Below, one piece after another: positions 10,525 through 20,145 of a stretch of DNA of 64,000 nucleotides. Position 1 is the stretch's first letter, and each line of letters starts with the position of its first letter. The notes under the pieces were generated by a model. It was given only the letters and a program-made list of their open reading frames with translations. It did no database searches and had not been told where the DNA came from. Made by a program: the position numbers and the translations under genes. This stretch comes from Patescibacteria group bacterium (lineage in GTDB: Bacteria > Patescibacteriota > 4484-211), in assembly GCA_018824115.1 (NCBI GenBank), contig JAHJGY010000070.1, positions 1,632 through 65,631 on the forward strand. The letters run 5' to 3'.

Positions 10525-10992
10525 ATGACAAAAGACGAAGTAAAAAATCTAGTTACCCCGCAGGGACTAGCAAAACTTAAAGAGGAATACGAGAGATTAA
10601 CGAAAGCTGAGCGGCCGAAGTTGTTAAAAGAAGTGAGCGAGTTGCGGTCGATGGGAGACTTGAAAGAGAATGCGGCTTTTCATTATGCACGTAAACAACA
10701 AGCAATTTTAGATGGTCGGATTCTGGACTTGGAACTGATTATTAGGACGGCAGTAGTAAAGGAGAAAACAGATTCAACTATTGTTCATTTAGGCTCGCAT
10801 GTTACGGTGGAGTTTGAGGATGAGCAGCAAGGGTATATTATTGTTGGTGAAAGTGAGGCAAATTTTTTGGAAGGGAAGATCTCAGCTTCTTCGCCTTTGG
10901 GCAAGATGTTATTTGGCAAGGTGATAGGTGATGAGGTGATCGTTGAGGCTCCTGCAGGGGAGATGAAGTATAAAGTTGTGAAGATAGAATAA
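10525..10992 (+). CDS. greA: Transcription elongation factor GreA
   Basis: GDLKENA acidic tip, C-terminal ISASSPLGK. Confidence 0.95.
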   Translation: MTKDEVKNLVTPQGLAKLKEEYERLTKAERPKLLKEVSELRSMGDLKENAAFHYARKQQAILDGRILDLELIIRTAVVKEKTDSTIVHLGSHVTVEFEDEQQGYIIVGESEANFLEGKISASSPLGKMLFGKVIGDEVIVEAPAGEMKYKVVKIE

Positions 10993-10993
10993 T

Positions 10994-11449
10994 ATGAAAA
11001 GTCATATATTTACCCCGGAGGGGTATGAACAATTGAAGAAAGAATATCAATCATTGGTTGGTGGACAGCGTCCAGTAGCTTTGGAGGAACTGAAGGAAGC
11101 GCGAGGTATGGGAAGTTTGGAAGATAACTTGCAGTACGAGATTGCTAAAGAGAAACTAGAAATAATTGATGCCAGGATCGTTGAAATTGAGGAGTTGCTA
11201 CGTCAAGGTAATGTTCAGAAGGTGAGGAAGCACGGTACTGTTGATGTGGGGTCTCAGGTGACCGTGGAGATAGAAGGAGGAAGTGAGGTTTTTGTTATTG
11301 TTAATCCTTACGAGATTGATCCATTGACGGGTAAAATTTCTTACGAGTCTCCAGTTGGCAAGGCATTAATGAAGCGCAAACCAGGAGATAAAGTCATGGT
11401 TACTCTGCCTCATAACACGTTAGAATTTGTGATTGTTAAGGTTGACTAA
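10994..11449 (+). CDS. GreA/GreB family paralog with altered acidic tip
   Basis: Gre fold (FTPEGYEQL, ISYESPVGKAL) but the tip reads GSLEDN. Confidence 0.9.
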   Translation: MKSHIFTPEGYEQLKKEYQSLVGGQRPVALEELKEARGMGSLEDNLQYEIAKEKLEIIDARIVEIEELLRQGNVQKVRKHGTVDVGSQVTVEIEGGSEVFVIVNPYEIDPLTGKISYESPVGKALMKRKPGDKVMVTLPHNTLEFVIVKVD

Positions 11450-11536
11450 TTATAATCTCAGGTTCAATCCTAAGACAAAAACTGGTTAGTTACGTATTTT
11501 TTGACTTCTTTGTTCTCTTATTGTTAAAATTGCTTC

Positions 11537-13021
11537 ATGGCAGAACCTATTGCCGAGCTAAAAAAAGTGCGTCTAGATAAGTTGGCTAAACTTCGCGAGA
11601 AGGGCATTGAACCATTCCCGGCAGGGTGGGAGCTGCTTAAGCAGCGGGTTAAGACAGTGCAGTGTGGGGATTTGTCACAGGATCAAAAGGTGGTTGTTAC
11701 GGGTCGGGTTATGGGATGGCGGGCTCATGGCAAGTTAATATTTGCCGATTTGCGTGACGATAGCGGGGAAATTCAGATTTGCTTTAGGGAAGATGTTCTG
11801 TCCTCATCACAACTTGAAGTTGTTGAATTATTTGATTTAGGTGATTTCCTGGGAGTTCACGGGGAGCTCTTCCAGACAAAAACAGGGGAGTTAACTGTTC
11901 TAGTAAGAGAATTTAAGCTGTTGAGTAAGTCTTTACGGCCGTTACCGTCGGAGTGGTATGGATTAGAGGATAAAGAGGTTCGTTATCGACAGAGATACGT
12001 TGACTTGATTTTAAATCCTGATGTTAAAGATGTGTTTATGGTGCGGACAGAAGTTCTAAGTGAGATGCGGCGCATTTTGGACGAGGAAGATTTTCTGGAG
12101 GTAGAAACTCCCATTTTGCAACCGGTGTATGGGGGGGCCTCCGCAAAACCGTTTACTACTCATCATCATGCGCTGGATATTGATCTTTTCTTGAGAATTT
12201 CGAATGAGTTGTACCTTAAAAGATTGATTGTTGGTGGCTTTGAAAAGGTGTATGAGGTGTCTAAAGATTTTCGTAACGAGGGCATGGATCGTCAGCATAA
12301 TCCCGAGTTTACACAAATCGAGTTTTATTGGGCATACGCTGATTATGATGAGTTAATGCAGTTTACGGAAAAAATGATCGGGAGAGTGTTGAATAAAGTG
12401 ATGGGCAGTACCGTGATTACTTTTCAGGAGCAAGAGCTGGATTTTTCGGCGCCGATTCCGCGTGTTTCCTTTTATGATTTAGTGAGACAGTGTATAGGAA
12501 TTGATTTAGGGCAGGTTAATAGTGAGAAGAAATTGCTCAAAGAGATTAAAGTGCGTAAATTAGCCTTGGATCTGAGCGGCACAGCTGGTTACGGAGTATT
12601 AGTGGATAAATTGTACAAAGAGTTTTGCCGTCCCAAAGTAATTCAACCCACTTTTCTGGTCGATTATCCTTACGAAACAATGCCTTTGGCCAAGAGAAAA
12701 AAGGAAGAACCAGCTAAAATTGCCTGTTTCCAACTTCTAGCCGCAGGATTTGAACTTATCAAGGCTTATAACGAGCTTAATGATCCGATCGACCAACGGG
12801 AGCGTTGGGAGGAAATGGAAAGACTTGCACAGGAAGGATTAGAGGAGCATGAGGTAGTTGACGAGGACTATCTTCGAGCTTTAGAGTATGCGATGCCGCC
12901 GACAGCTGGCTGGGGAATGGGGATTGACCGGTTTGTAGCGTTGATAACTAATCGTTCTTCGTTAAAGGAAGTTATATTATTCCCGACCATGCGTCCCGAG
13001 AATTTTAAAAGCAGCGGTTAG
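11537..13021 (+). CDS. lysS: Lysine--tRNA ligase (class II)
   Basis: RYRQRYVDL, FRNEGMD.HNPEFT, GMGIDR motif 3. Confidence 0.98.
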   Translation: MAEPIAELKKVRLDKLAKLREKGIEPFPAGWELLKQRVKTVQCGDLSQDQKVVVTGRVMGWRAHGKLIFADLRDDSGEIQICFREDVLSSSQLEVVELFDLGDFLGVHGELFQTKTGELTVLVREFKLLSKSLRPLPSEWYGLEDKEVRYRQRYVDLILNPDVKDVFMVRTEVLSEMRRILDEEDFLEVETPILQPVYGGASAKPFTTHHHALDIDLFLRISNELYLKRLIVGGFEKVYEVSKDFRNEGMDRQHNPEFTQIEFYWAYADYDELMQFTEKMIGRVLNKVMGSTVITFQEQELDFSAPIPRVSFYDLVRQCIGIDLGQVNSEKKLLKEIKVRKLALDLSGTAGYGVLVDKLYKEFCRPKVIQPTFLVDYPYETMPLAKRKKEEPAKIACFQLLAAGFELIKAYNELNDPIDQRERWEEMERLAQEGLEEHEVVDEDYLRALEYAMPPTAGWGMGIDRFVALITNRSSLKEVILFPTMRPENFKSSG

Positions 13022-13112
13022 AACTTCCTGGCGTTGTGTAATTGCAACGACCTCTTATAAACACCGGACCTCTCTGCTAGCGTTATGCAACACGGGTACT
13101 AGTGTTAATAGT

Positions 13113-14135
13113 TTGAATATGTCGATATGTGTTTTCTCCCCGAGAAATAAAAGAGAGTTAATCTGTTTACTGGGAGGCCTTTTGGTTGTTATCTGCATGA
13201 TCGTCGCATTTTTTCTTATTGGGAATCCTCCACCTGCGGATGAAATTACTTGGGGAGTTAATTTTTCTCAAAAACATGCAGAGAATTTTGGGTTTAACTG
13301 GCAAGAAGTTTACTTGGCTTTTTTAGATGATCTGGGAGTAAATGACATCCGAGTGGCTACCTATTGGGATTTAATAGAGGACCAGAACGGAGAGTTTGTT
13401 TGGGATGATTTGGATTGGATAGTAGAGCAAACGGAGGAAAGGGAGGTTAACCTTATTCTGGCCGTGGGGATGAAAACATTAAGGTGGCCGGAATGTCATT
13501 TACCGGAGTGGGCACAGGGTTTAGGTAGGGAAGAACAACAGAGAGAAATCTTAGAATTAATTAGAGAGTTGGTGATGAGGTATAGGAATTCTTCGGCTTT
13601 AAAATATTGGCAGGTGGAAAATGAACCGTTCTTTCCCTATGGTTCTTGTCCTTGGGTTGACCGGTCGTTTTTACAGCGGGAGATTGATCTAGTGAGGACA
13701 CTGGATTCCGAACACAGAGTGCTAATTACCGATTCGGGGGAAGGGTCTTTTTGGATTTCTGCGGCGAAGATGGGTGATCTGGTTGGAACAACAATGTATA
13801 AGAAAGTATGGTTTAGGCAAGCCCGGATGTATTTTTCTTACCCCTTTCCGCCAGTTTTTTATTGGCGGAAAGCTTGGTTGGTGGAAAGACTATTTGGAGA
13901 TGAAGTAATTTGCGTTGAATTGCAAGCTGAGCCTTGGGGACCGTTGTTGATTTATGATTTATCAATGGAAGAGCAGAAAAAGACGATGAATATTGAGCAA
14001 TTCCACCGGATCGTTAATTTTGCAAGGTCGGTGGGGTTTAAAGAAAATTATTTCTGGGGAGCCGAGTGGTGGTATTGGTTAAGGGAAAACCGGAACGATT
14101 CGCAGATCTGGGATTCTGCGAAACTATTGTTCTAA
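13113..14135 (+). CDS. Membrane-anchored glycoside hydrolase (clan GH-A)
   Basis: N-terminal TM, RWPECH, WQVENEP acid/base and ELQAEPW nucleophile-like motifs; start uncertain. Confidence 0.75.
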   Translation: MNMSICVFSPRNKRELICLLGGLLVVICMIVAFFLIGNPPPADEITWGVNFSQKHAENFGFNWQEVYLAFLDDLGVNDIRVATYWDLIEDQNGEFVWDDLDWIVEQTEEREVNLILAVGMKTLRWPECHLPEWAQGLGREEQQREILELIRELVMRYRNSSALKYWQVENEPFFPYGSCPWVDRSFLQREIDLVRTLDSEHRVLITDSGEGSFWISAAKMGDLVGTTMYKKVWFRQARMYFSYPFPPVFYWRKAWLVERLFGDEVICVELQAEPWGPLLIYDLSMEEQKKTMNIEQFHRIVNFARSVGFKENYFWGAEWWYWLRENRNDSQIWDSAKLLF

Positions 14136-15488
14136 TACTATCCGGGCTAATCCAGCGGCAATACCTTCGAAAACATTGTGGTAGATAATATTGCTTGTCG
14201 GAAAGAGAGCAGCTAATCTTCTTTGCACGATGGGTGTATAAGAAGTTCCGCCAGTACAGATAACTGTGTTGATGTTGTTTGGGTCAATTTTAGAATTTCC
14301 CAAAAGGGCTTTGATGGTTTTCTCGATTGCTTCTATTTGGGGACGGATTAGTTCCTCGAATTCTTTTCTGGTCAGTGGGATTTCTAAGTTGATGTCATGC
14401 CGATGAAAGGAAATTGAAGTTTCCTTATTTTGTGACAGTGTGACTTTTGCTTTTTCAATCGCTTCGAAAAGTTCAAATCCAAGATCGTGATCTATTAGAC
14501 TGATAAGGTTATTTATTAATTCGGGATTTTTAGATTGATGTTTGATTTCTACCAGGAAGTTTCTCAGCTCCGGAGATTTCAGTGCTTGGATTTCATACCA
14601 TTTTCGCAAACTGTGTTTAAGTCCAGAGGGCATGGTTAGGCTTTTGGGGCCGAAGGTAATTTCTGTTCCAAAATAGGGACTCACCTTACCGAACATGATT
14701 AGCTCGTTAAAAAGGTCCCCTCCAATTGAGAGGCCATCGGTCGCGACAATATTTACGGTTGCGTTCTCTTGTTGTATTAGACAGAAATCTAGAGTCCCTC
14801 CGCCGAAATCGAAAACCAGAATTGTTTTGTCAGACAACGGAGTTTGGGTTTTAAGGTAATCGTAGGCGGCACCGACAGGTTCAGGGATGAAGTTGATTAT
14901 TTTAAATCCAGCTAATTCAGCAGCGTGTTCCATTCGGTTTTGAATATCAAGGTCGTCAGTATTGTTTCCGTAGTGTACCGGACGTCCAAGGATTACCTCT
15001 TTGATATCCTTGCCAAGATGCTGGTCGGCGGTATGTTTCATCTCGCCTAAGATTGTGGCAATTAGTTCTTCAAGTGAGAAGATTTCCCCAAAAAGATTCA
15101 CTTGTTGATTAAACCCTTCCCTTAGCGAAGTTTTGAGGGCTTGAATTAATTGGCCAGGCTTATTGATGTCTTCGCGATAGGTGATATCGGTTTCATAGTA
15201 AAAGAATCCGCCGTGGGGGTTGGGGATAGGGATAGTTGCTTTTTGTCCGGTGTCAAAAACTTTAAAGCGTGCTGGCTTTCTGTTTCTGCTATCTTTTAAA
15301 TAATTGTTGATAGCTAGGCTGCCTACGAACTTTTCCTGATTCTTCTTGCGAATATAAAGCAGAGAACGGAGTATCCGGTCCTTGTCATTTCCGAAAGGAT
15401 CAGCGGGGATAACTTCGACCCGGTCGGAATTTTCTTTCTTTACTGCAATAACAGAGTTAGTTGTTCCAAAGTCTAAGCCGTAGTGCAT
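14124..15488 (-). CDS. Hsp70 family protein (YegD-like)
   Basis: GLDFGTTNS, EPVGAA, DFGGGTLD, TGGTS; no DnaK substrate-binding domain. Confidence 0.92.
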   Translation of the reverse strand: MHYGLDFGTTNSVIAVKKENSDRVEVIPADPFGNDKDRILRSLLYIRKKNQEKFVGSLAINNYLKDSRNRKPARFKVFDTGQKATIPIPNPHGGFFYYETDITYREDINKPGQLIQALKTSLREGFNQQVNLFGEIFSLEELIATILGEMKHTADQHLGKDIKEVILGRPVHYGNNTDDLDIQNRMEHAAELAGFKIINFIPEPVGAAYDYLKTQTPLSDKTILVFDFGGGTLDFCLIQQENATVNIVATDGLSIGGDLFNELIMFGKVSPYFGTEITFGPKSLTMPSGLKHSLRKWYEIQALKSPELRNFLVEIKHQSKNPELINNLISLIDHDLGFELFEAIEKAKVTLSQNKETSISFHRHDINLEIPLTRKEFEELIRPQIEAIEKTIKALLGNSKIDPNNINTVICTGGTSYTPIVQRRLAALFPTSNIIYHNVFEGIAAGLARIVLEQ

Positions 15489-15571
15489 AGCAATTAAAAA
15501 ACCCCCATCATCCTACCTTAGTATTAGTAGTTACTTGCTGTCAAGATCAGTTATTTGCTAGAATGTGATTA

Positions 15572-15784
15572 ATGGCGGCCGATCAGAACGAGACGACACC
15601 AGTGCTAAAATTTGAGTATGTTAATTGGAAAAGTGAAAGGGCTGTAAGAAATATAAGGCCGGTTAAAGTTTGGTTTGGGAGTACTAAATGGCACCCCGTA
15701 GAGCAGTGGTTACTGAAAGCATTTGATCTTGATAAACAAGCTGAACGGGATTTTTCGTTAAAAGAGATTGTAAAATTCTTGTGA
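15572..15784 (+). CDS. Small stand-alone WYL-domain protein
   Basis: FEYVNWKSE..VRNIRP...WLLKAFDLDKQAERDF matches the WYL pattern. Confidence 0.75.
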   Translation: MAADQNETTPVLKFEYVNWKSERAVRNIRPVKVWFGSTKWHPVEQWLLKAFDLDKQAERDFSLKEIVKFL

Positions 15785-15806
15785 GTTGTGTTATAAATGG
15801 GTATAC

Positions 15807-16499
15807 ATGCTCGAAGAACAGGCAGATAAACCACAACTGACAGTAGAGGGACAAGAAGCCGTTTCGGATGTAACTACTGGTAGCGTACAGCAGGGCGAAA
15901 CAATGGACGAGAAGCAAGAAGTAAAGGAAGAAAAAAAGAAGAAAGAACCAGTTTTCGAGAAACCAAAAGTGCTGTTAAGCTGGGACGCTCCTGCGCGTGA
16001 ATTTGTTCCAAGAACACCATCTTTCTTTATTGTCCTGTTTATTATAACGGCCGCCCTAACTTTGGTTTTAGTGTTAATCTCGGAATATGTCTTGGCTTTA
16101 GTTGTGGCGGGCGTTGGATTTGTTATCTTTGCAATGAATCGATTTGAGCCATTTCTTAGTCGGTATGAATTACTGAATACAGGAATCCGTGTTCAGGGAC
16201 GTGAATACAGATGGCTCCATTTATGGTCTTTTTGTGTTGCCGAAAGAGAGCCATTCTCAGTTTTGTATATAAAAACGAACATAGCCTATCCAGAGGAACT
16301 GGTTATACTTTTCCCAAAGGAACAAAAAGAAGTAATTGAGGCAGAGTTATTAAATCATCTGGAGTATGAAGAGTTTAAACCAAGAGATGCGGTTGGTTAT
16401 TTAAGCGAGGTGGTAGAAGAGTTCCCTTTTGATCCTGATGCCCCAGTTCCTCGTGCAGTACGGTCGTTATTTAAGCGAACCCCAAAGCAAAGCAAGTAA
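15807..16499 (+). CDS. Hypothetical two-TM membrane protein
   Basis: LLSWDAP motif followed by two TM helices and a PH-like tail; start set at ATG 15807. Confidence 0.7.
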   Translation: MLEEQADKPQLTVEGQEAVSDVTTGSVQQGETMDEKQEVKEEKKKKEPVFEKPKVLLSWDAPAREFVPRTPSFFIVLFIITAALTLVLVLISEYVLALVVAGVGFVIFAMNRFEPFLSRYELLNTGIRVQGREYRWLHLWSFCVAEREPFSVLYIKTNIAYPEELVILFPKEQKEVIEAELLNHLEYEEFKPRDAVGYLSEVVEEFPFDPDAPVPRAVRSLFKRTPKQSK

Positions 16500-16554
16500 T
16501 CATTAGTTTGCCCACAGTTTTGGTATAATAAAAATTGAATTTGTCCTTTATTAA

Positions 16555-16644
16555 GGAGGGGTGGCTGAGTGGCCCAAAGCGGCGGTTTGCTAAACCGTGA
16601 CGGTTAACATCCGTCCGTGGGTTCAAATCCCACCCCCTCCGCCA
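16555..16644 (+). tRNA. tRNA-Ser(GCT)
   Basis: GGAGGGG/CCCCTCC acceptor stem, anticodon arm GCGGT-TTGCTAA-ACCGT, long variable arm, GTTCAAATCC, encoded CCA. Confidence 0.97.
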
Positions 16645-16742
16645 TTTCGGGTTGGAAAATAGCCAAAGAACCTGAAAAAATTTCTGCTCGCCCGCTCGCC
16701 TCTGGAGGGAACTTCATTTTGTAAGGGCAAAAGAAATTCTTT

Positions 16743-17360
16743 ATGCAACAAAGATCTACTAAACTCAAACATTATTTTCTTAGGGAGATTAATCCAGTCA
16801 TCCGTTTTTTGATAATTTCGGATACGGTCCTTGTTGGTGCCGCCGGACTTCTTGGGCCTATTTTTGCGCTTTTTATTGGAGAATTTATTCAAGGTAGTGA
16901 CGAAGCTGTTGTTGGTATTGCGGCCGGAATCTATCTCTTTTCAAAAAGTATTCTCCAAATTCCAGTTGCACATCTCATAGACAGGATACGGGGAGAAAAA
17001 GACGATTTCTGGCTCATGTTTATTTTTACAATTTTTATTGCTATCGTCCCCCTCCTTTATCTCGTAATCAGTACACCCATGCAACTTTATATTGTTCAGT
17101 TCATCCTTGGTTTCTTCAATGCATTTGTATTCCCGACATATATGGCGATATTTACGCGTCATATCGATAAAGATAAGGAGGGAACGGAATGGGGTATTTA
17201 TTTTACGCTTACTGATGTAGCTAGTGCAACCCTTGCCGTAATCGGTGGATATGTAGCAGTTTCCGCTGGTTTTCCAGTTCTTGTCATTGCAGTTGTTGTG
17301 CTGTCCCTAGTTGGCGCTTTGTTGTTGTGGCCAATTAAGCCGTACATTAAAACAAAATGA
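16743..17360 (+). CDS. Half-size (6-TM) MFS transporter
   Basis: Six hydrophobic segments, motif-A-like AHLIDRIRG, DKDKEGTEWG. Confidence 0.8.
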   Translation: MQQRSTKLKHYFLREINPVIRFLIISDTVLVGAAGLLGPIFALFIGEFIQGSDEAVVGIAAGIYLFSKSILQIPVAHLIDRIRGEKDDFWLMFIFTIFIAIVPLLYLVISTPMQLYIVQFILGFFNAFVFPTYMAIFTRHIDKDKEGTEWGIYFTLTDVASATLAVIGGYVAVSAGFPVLVIAVVVLSLVGALLLWPIKPYIKTK

Positions 17361-17379
17361 TAAAAGGAACTCCATTCTG

Positions 17380-18381
17380 TTAACGAATGGAGTTTTCTTC
17401 AGAGGCCTGGGTAGTGCCCGGTGGTTCCACCGCAAGGTAGTCTTCTTCGGTTTCGGGCTCAATCTTATGAGCTAGTGGAACTCGCGGTACTGACTCGATT
17501 GCTTTTTCTTCGGGAATAACAACCGGGGCTTCAGTTGGAGGTTCTACGGGACCTGTCTCCGGTGGTGATTCGGGGAGACGGATAGTCTCTTGTTTAATTG
17601 GGCGCTGGGCAAGGAAGTCAGCTGCGGTTTGCATGGCCTTTTCCCATTGAGCATCCTTATCTAATAATAGGGCACTGAATTTTAGTAAACGCGGGGACAC
17701 ATTTTCCCTCATTGTTTTGGTTTTTTCCATTACCCCTGTAAGGAGCAGAGAGGCAATAAGTGCGTTGAGGGGGGTTTCTAGCAACTTGATGATGTCATAG
17801 GCCAATTGCGCTTTTGTTTCAGACGAGGGGTCGATGAGGTTGATGCGGCCAAACATGGTATTATCTTCGCCGTTATCAATGTTAACAATTAATGTCTCTT
17901 CAATGGCCTGAGGATATTGTTCGGTGACTTTGCCAAGATTTTTCAGCGATGAAGCTCCGATACAGAGAATTAAGTCGTAATCTAACCCAGTGTAGTTAAT
18001 ATCAATCTGATCTTTGGAAAGAGTGGCCGAATAGGGGGTAAGATAGATATCGAATACGCCTTCTCGGTTTTCGTAATTAATATTTTCTACCGGCGTTGAA
18101 CCATAATTGATTGAGATACGCAGGCTTCTAGGCTCGATCGATTCTGAAATTTGTGTAGACTCCGGTATATTTTTTAAGAGGGTTAGGTTTAAATCTTCCG
18201 CAAGTAGTGCAACCTCTTTTCCTCTAGTTTCAAGAGCTTGACCCAGAGCAAGCATTGCTGTAACTTTATCTAGAGAATGTTCTGTGCCGGAAACGATCAG
18301 GATCTTCTGAGCTGATTCCAGAACTTCTTTTAATTGTTGTTTATCAACTACTTGCTGAGCCACGCCCCGAATATACAGCAT
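17380..18381 (-). CDS. DHH/NrnA-like phosphoesterase homolog (degenerate motifs)
   Basis: Sits after infB; LIVNIDNG..N..FGRINLID resembles the DHH region but lacks the histidines. Confidence 0.7.
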   Translation of the reverse strand: MLYIRGVAQQVVDKQQLKEVLESAQKILIVSGTEHSLDKVTAMLALGQALETRGKEVALLAEDLNLTLLKNIPESTQISESIEPRSLRISINYGSTPVENINYENREGVFDIYLTPYSATLSKDQIDINYTGLDYDLILCIGASSLKNLGKVTEQYPQAIEETLIVNIDNGEDNTMFGRINLIDPSSETKAQLAYDIIKLLETPLNALIASLLLTGVMEKTKTMRENVSPRLLKFSALLLDKDAQWEKAMQTAADFLAQRPIKQETIRLPESPPETGPVEPPTEAPVVIPEEKAIESVPRVPLAHKIEPETEEDYLAVEPPGTTQASEENSIR

Positions 18382-18383
18382 TT

Positions 18384-19967
18384 CTATGGGACTGTCAAGC
18401 TAAAGCCGGCTGTTAATTTGGCCTCTTCTACGCATTCAATTAAATCGGCTTCTTGGAGTTCTATTTCCGGAGAAATAATTATGCCGCATTCTTCTCCCTT
18501 TGGCACTTTGGAAATTGTCTTCTTCTCTTGACGCAGGGAGACAACTTTGCCTTCGGCAACCTGCTCTTTTCCTCGCCATACGCGAATCTGTCTGTTTACA
18601 GTGATGATTCCTTCATTTACATGACATCCGGCTACAGTGCTGCCGTCGGAAAGGATAAAAACTTTTCGAATTTTCGCCAGACCAGCCCTGATTATCTCAC
18701 CCTCTTTTTCTTTGCCGGAGATAATTTTTTCAAGATCCTCGAGTAGCTTATAAATAAGGGAGTAAGTTTTTGCTGAGAGCTTGTTCTGTTTTATTAATTG
18801 TTGAGAAATTGAGTCAATTTTAACATCGAATCCGATAATAATGGCGTTGCTGCTTTGAGCGAGAAGGGCATCAGCTTCAGAAATATCGCCGAGTCCTTCA
18901 TGAAGGAATTGCAGGTGCACCGTAGTTGTTGAAAGATGTTCCAGGGCATGATGGATAGCGTCAAGAGAACCATCTGTGTTTGCTTTGAGAATCAGTCTTA
19001 ATAATTTGATGTGATCTTCTGTGTCTTCGCTAACGTTTTGCAAGAGAGGAGAAGGTTCTATGGATCGAGTGTAAGTAATGAGCTGAATTTTGGCTTGTTG
19101 TTCGTTTTCCACAGTAACAAATTGTGTTCCCGCTTTAACAGTTTCCTTTAAGCCGAGAACTTCTGCTGGCATTCCCGGACCAACTTCTTTTAATGGTTTA
19201 CCCTGCCAGTCCCATGCCCCTTTAATGCGGCCGTAGCTTTGGCCAGCAATTATAAACTGACCTAGTCTAAGTATTCCTTGTTTTACAATCACTGTTGCCA
19301 TTGGGCCGCGGCGAGCGTTCATGACAGATTCAATTAAAATTCCTTTCGGTTGTGCCCGGAGATCTGCTTGCAATTCCTCGAGTTCAGCGACTAAATGAAT
19401 CATTTCTAGTAATTCCTTAATACCATGGCCGGTTTTGGCCGAGCATTCAACACTGACAATTTTTCCGCCCCAGTCTTCGAGTAAGACACCATGTTCAGTT
19501 AATTGCTGTTTTACCCGATCGACATTGTTAGTGGATAAATCTATCTTATTTATCGCCACGATCATTGGTACGTTCGCAGCTTTAATGTGATTAATAGCCT
19601 CGATAGTTTGTGGCTTAACACCATCATCCGCGGCAATGACTAGAATGGCGATGTTAGCTGTTTGGCCGCCCCGAGCACGCATTGCGGTGAAAGCTTCGTG
19701 GCCGGGAGTGTCGATAAAGGTAATGCCCTCGACGTGGTAAGCTCCTATGGATTGGGTAATACCGCCTATTTCCTTCTGCTGGATATGAGATTGACGAATG
19801 TAATCAAGGAGACTTGTTTTGCCGTGGTCTACGTGACCAAGGAAGCAAACGATAGGCGGCGGAACAACTATTGATGGGTTTTGAGCTGGGAGATCAGTTG
19901 TTCGGGGTCGATCTTTTGACGAAAGGCTTTGTTTAGTTTTTTTCTTTCGAGAGCTTTTTTTAGACAT
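18384..19967 (-). CDS. infB: Translation initiation factor IF-2 (short form)
   Basis: [30 protein letters not shown]; start codon uncertain because of overlap with ylxR. Confidence 0.95.
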   Translation of the reverse strand: MSKKSSRKKKTKQSLSSKDRPRTTDLPAQNPSIVVPPPIVCFLGHVDHGKTSLLDYIRQSHIQQKEIGGITQSIGAYHVEGITFIDTPGHEAFTAMRARGGQTANIAILVIAADDGVKPQTIEAINHIKAANVPMIVAINKIDLSTNNVDRVKQQLTEHGVLLEDWGGKIVSVECSAKTGHGIKELLEMIHLVAELEELQADLRAQPKGILIESVMNARRGPMATVIVKQGILRLGQFIIAGQSYGRIKGAWDWQGKPLKEVGPGMPAEVLGLKETVKAGTQFVTVENEQQAKIQLITYTRSIEPSPLLQNVSEDTEDHIKLLRLILKANTDGSLDAIHHALEHLSTTTVHLQFLHEGLGDISEADALLAQSSNAIIIGFDVKIDSISQQLIKQNKLSAKTYSLIYKLLEDLEKIISGKEKEGEIIRAGLAKIRKVFILSDGSTVAGCHVNEGIITVNRQIRVWRGKEQVAEGKVVSLRQEKKTISKVPKGEECGIIISPEIELQEADLIECVEEAKLTAGFSLTVP

Positions 19968-20143
19968 ATTAGATCACAGACATAAGTACCTCTTCCCGGC
20001 ATGTTGTGATTTTCGTCGATAACAAGATGGTTATCTGGTAGCATGGCCAGGCGCGCCAAGTTTTCTTTCTTGTCTATTATCTGGCAACCAATACACGTTC
20101 TTAGTGACACTTCCAGGTCGTTACTCTTTCTTCTAGCGGTCAT
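19868..20143 (-). CDS. ylxR: YlxR/RnpM (DUF448) RNA-binding protein
   Basis: RTCIGC...GRGTYVC..CLKKA, between nusA and infB. Confidence 0.9.
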   Translation of the reverse strand: MTARRKSNDLEVSLRTCIGCQIIDKKENLARLAMLPDNHLVIDENHNMPGRGTYVCDLICLKKALERKKLNKAFRQKIDPEQLISQLKTHQ

Positions 20144-20145
20144 CT

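Noticed and set aside
16645-17360. Integrative island at the 3' end of tRNA-Ser
   Set aside because: No duplicated tRNA 3' end (att site) or integrase seen; only a hairpin-rich spacer and one MFS gene.
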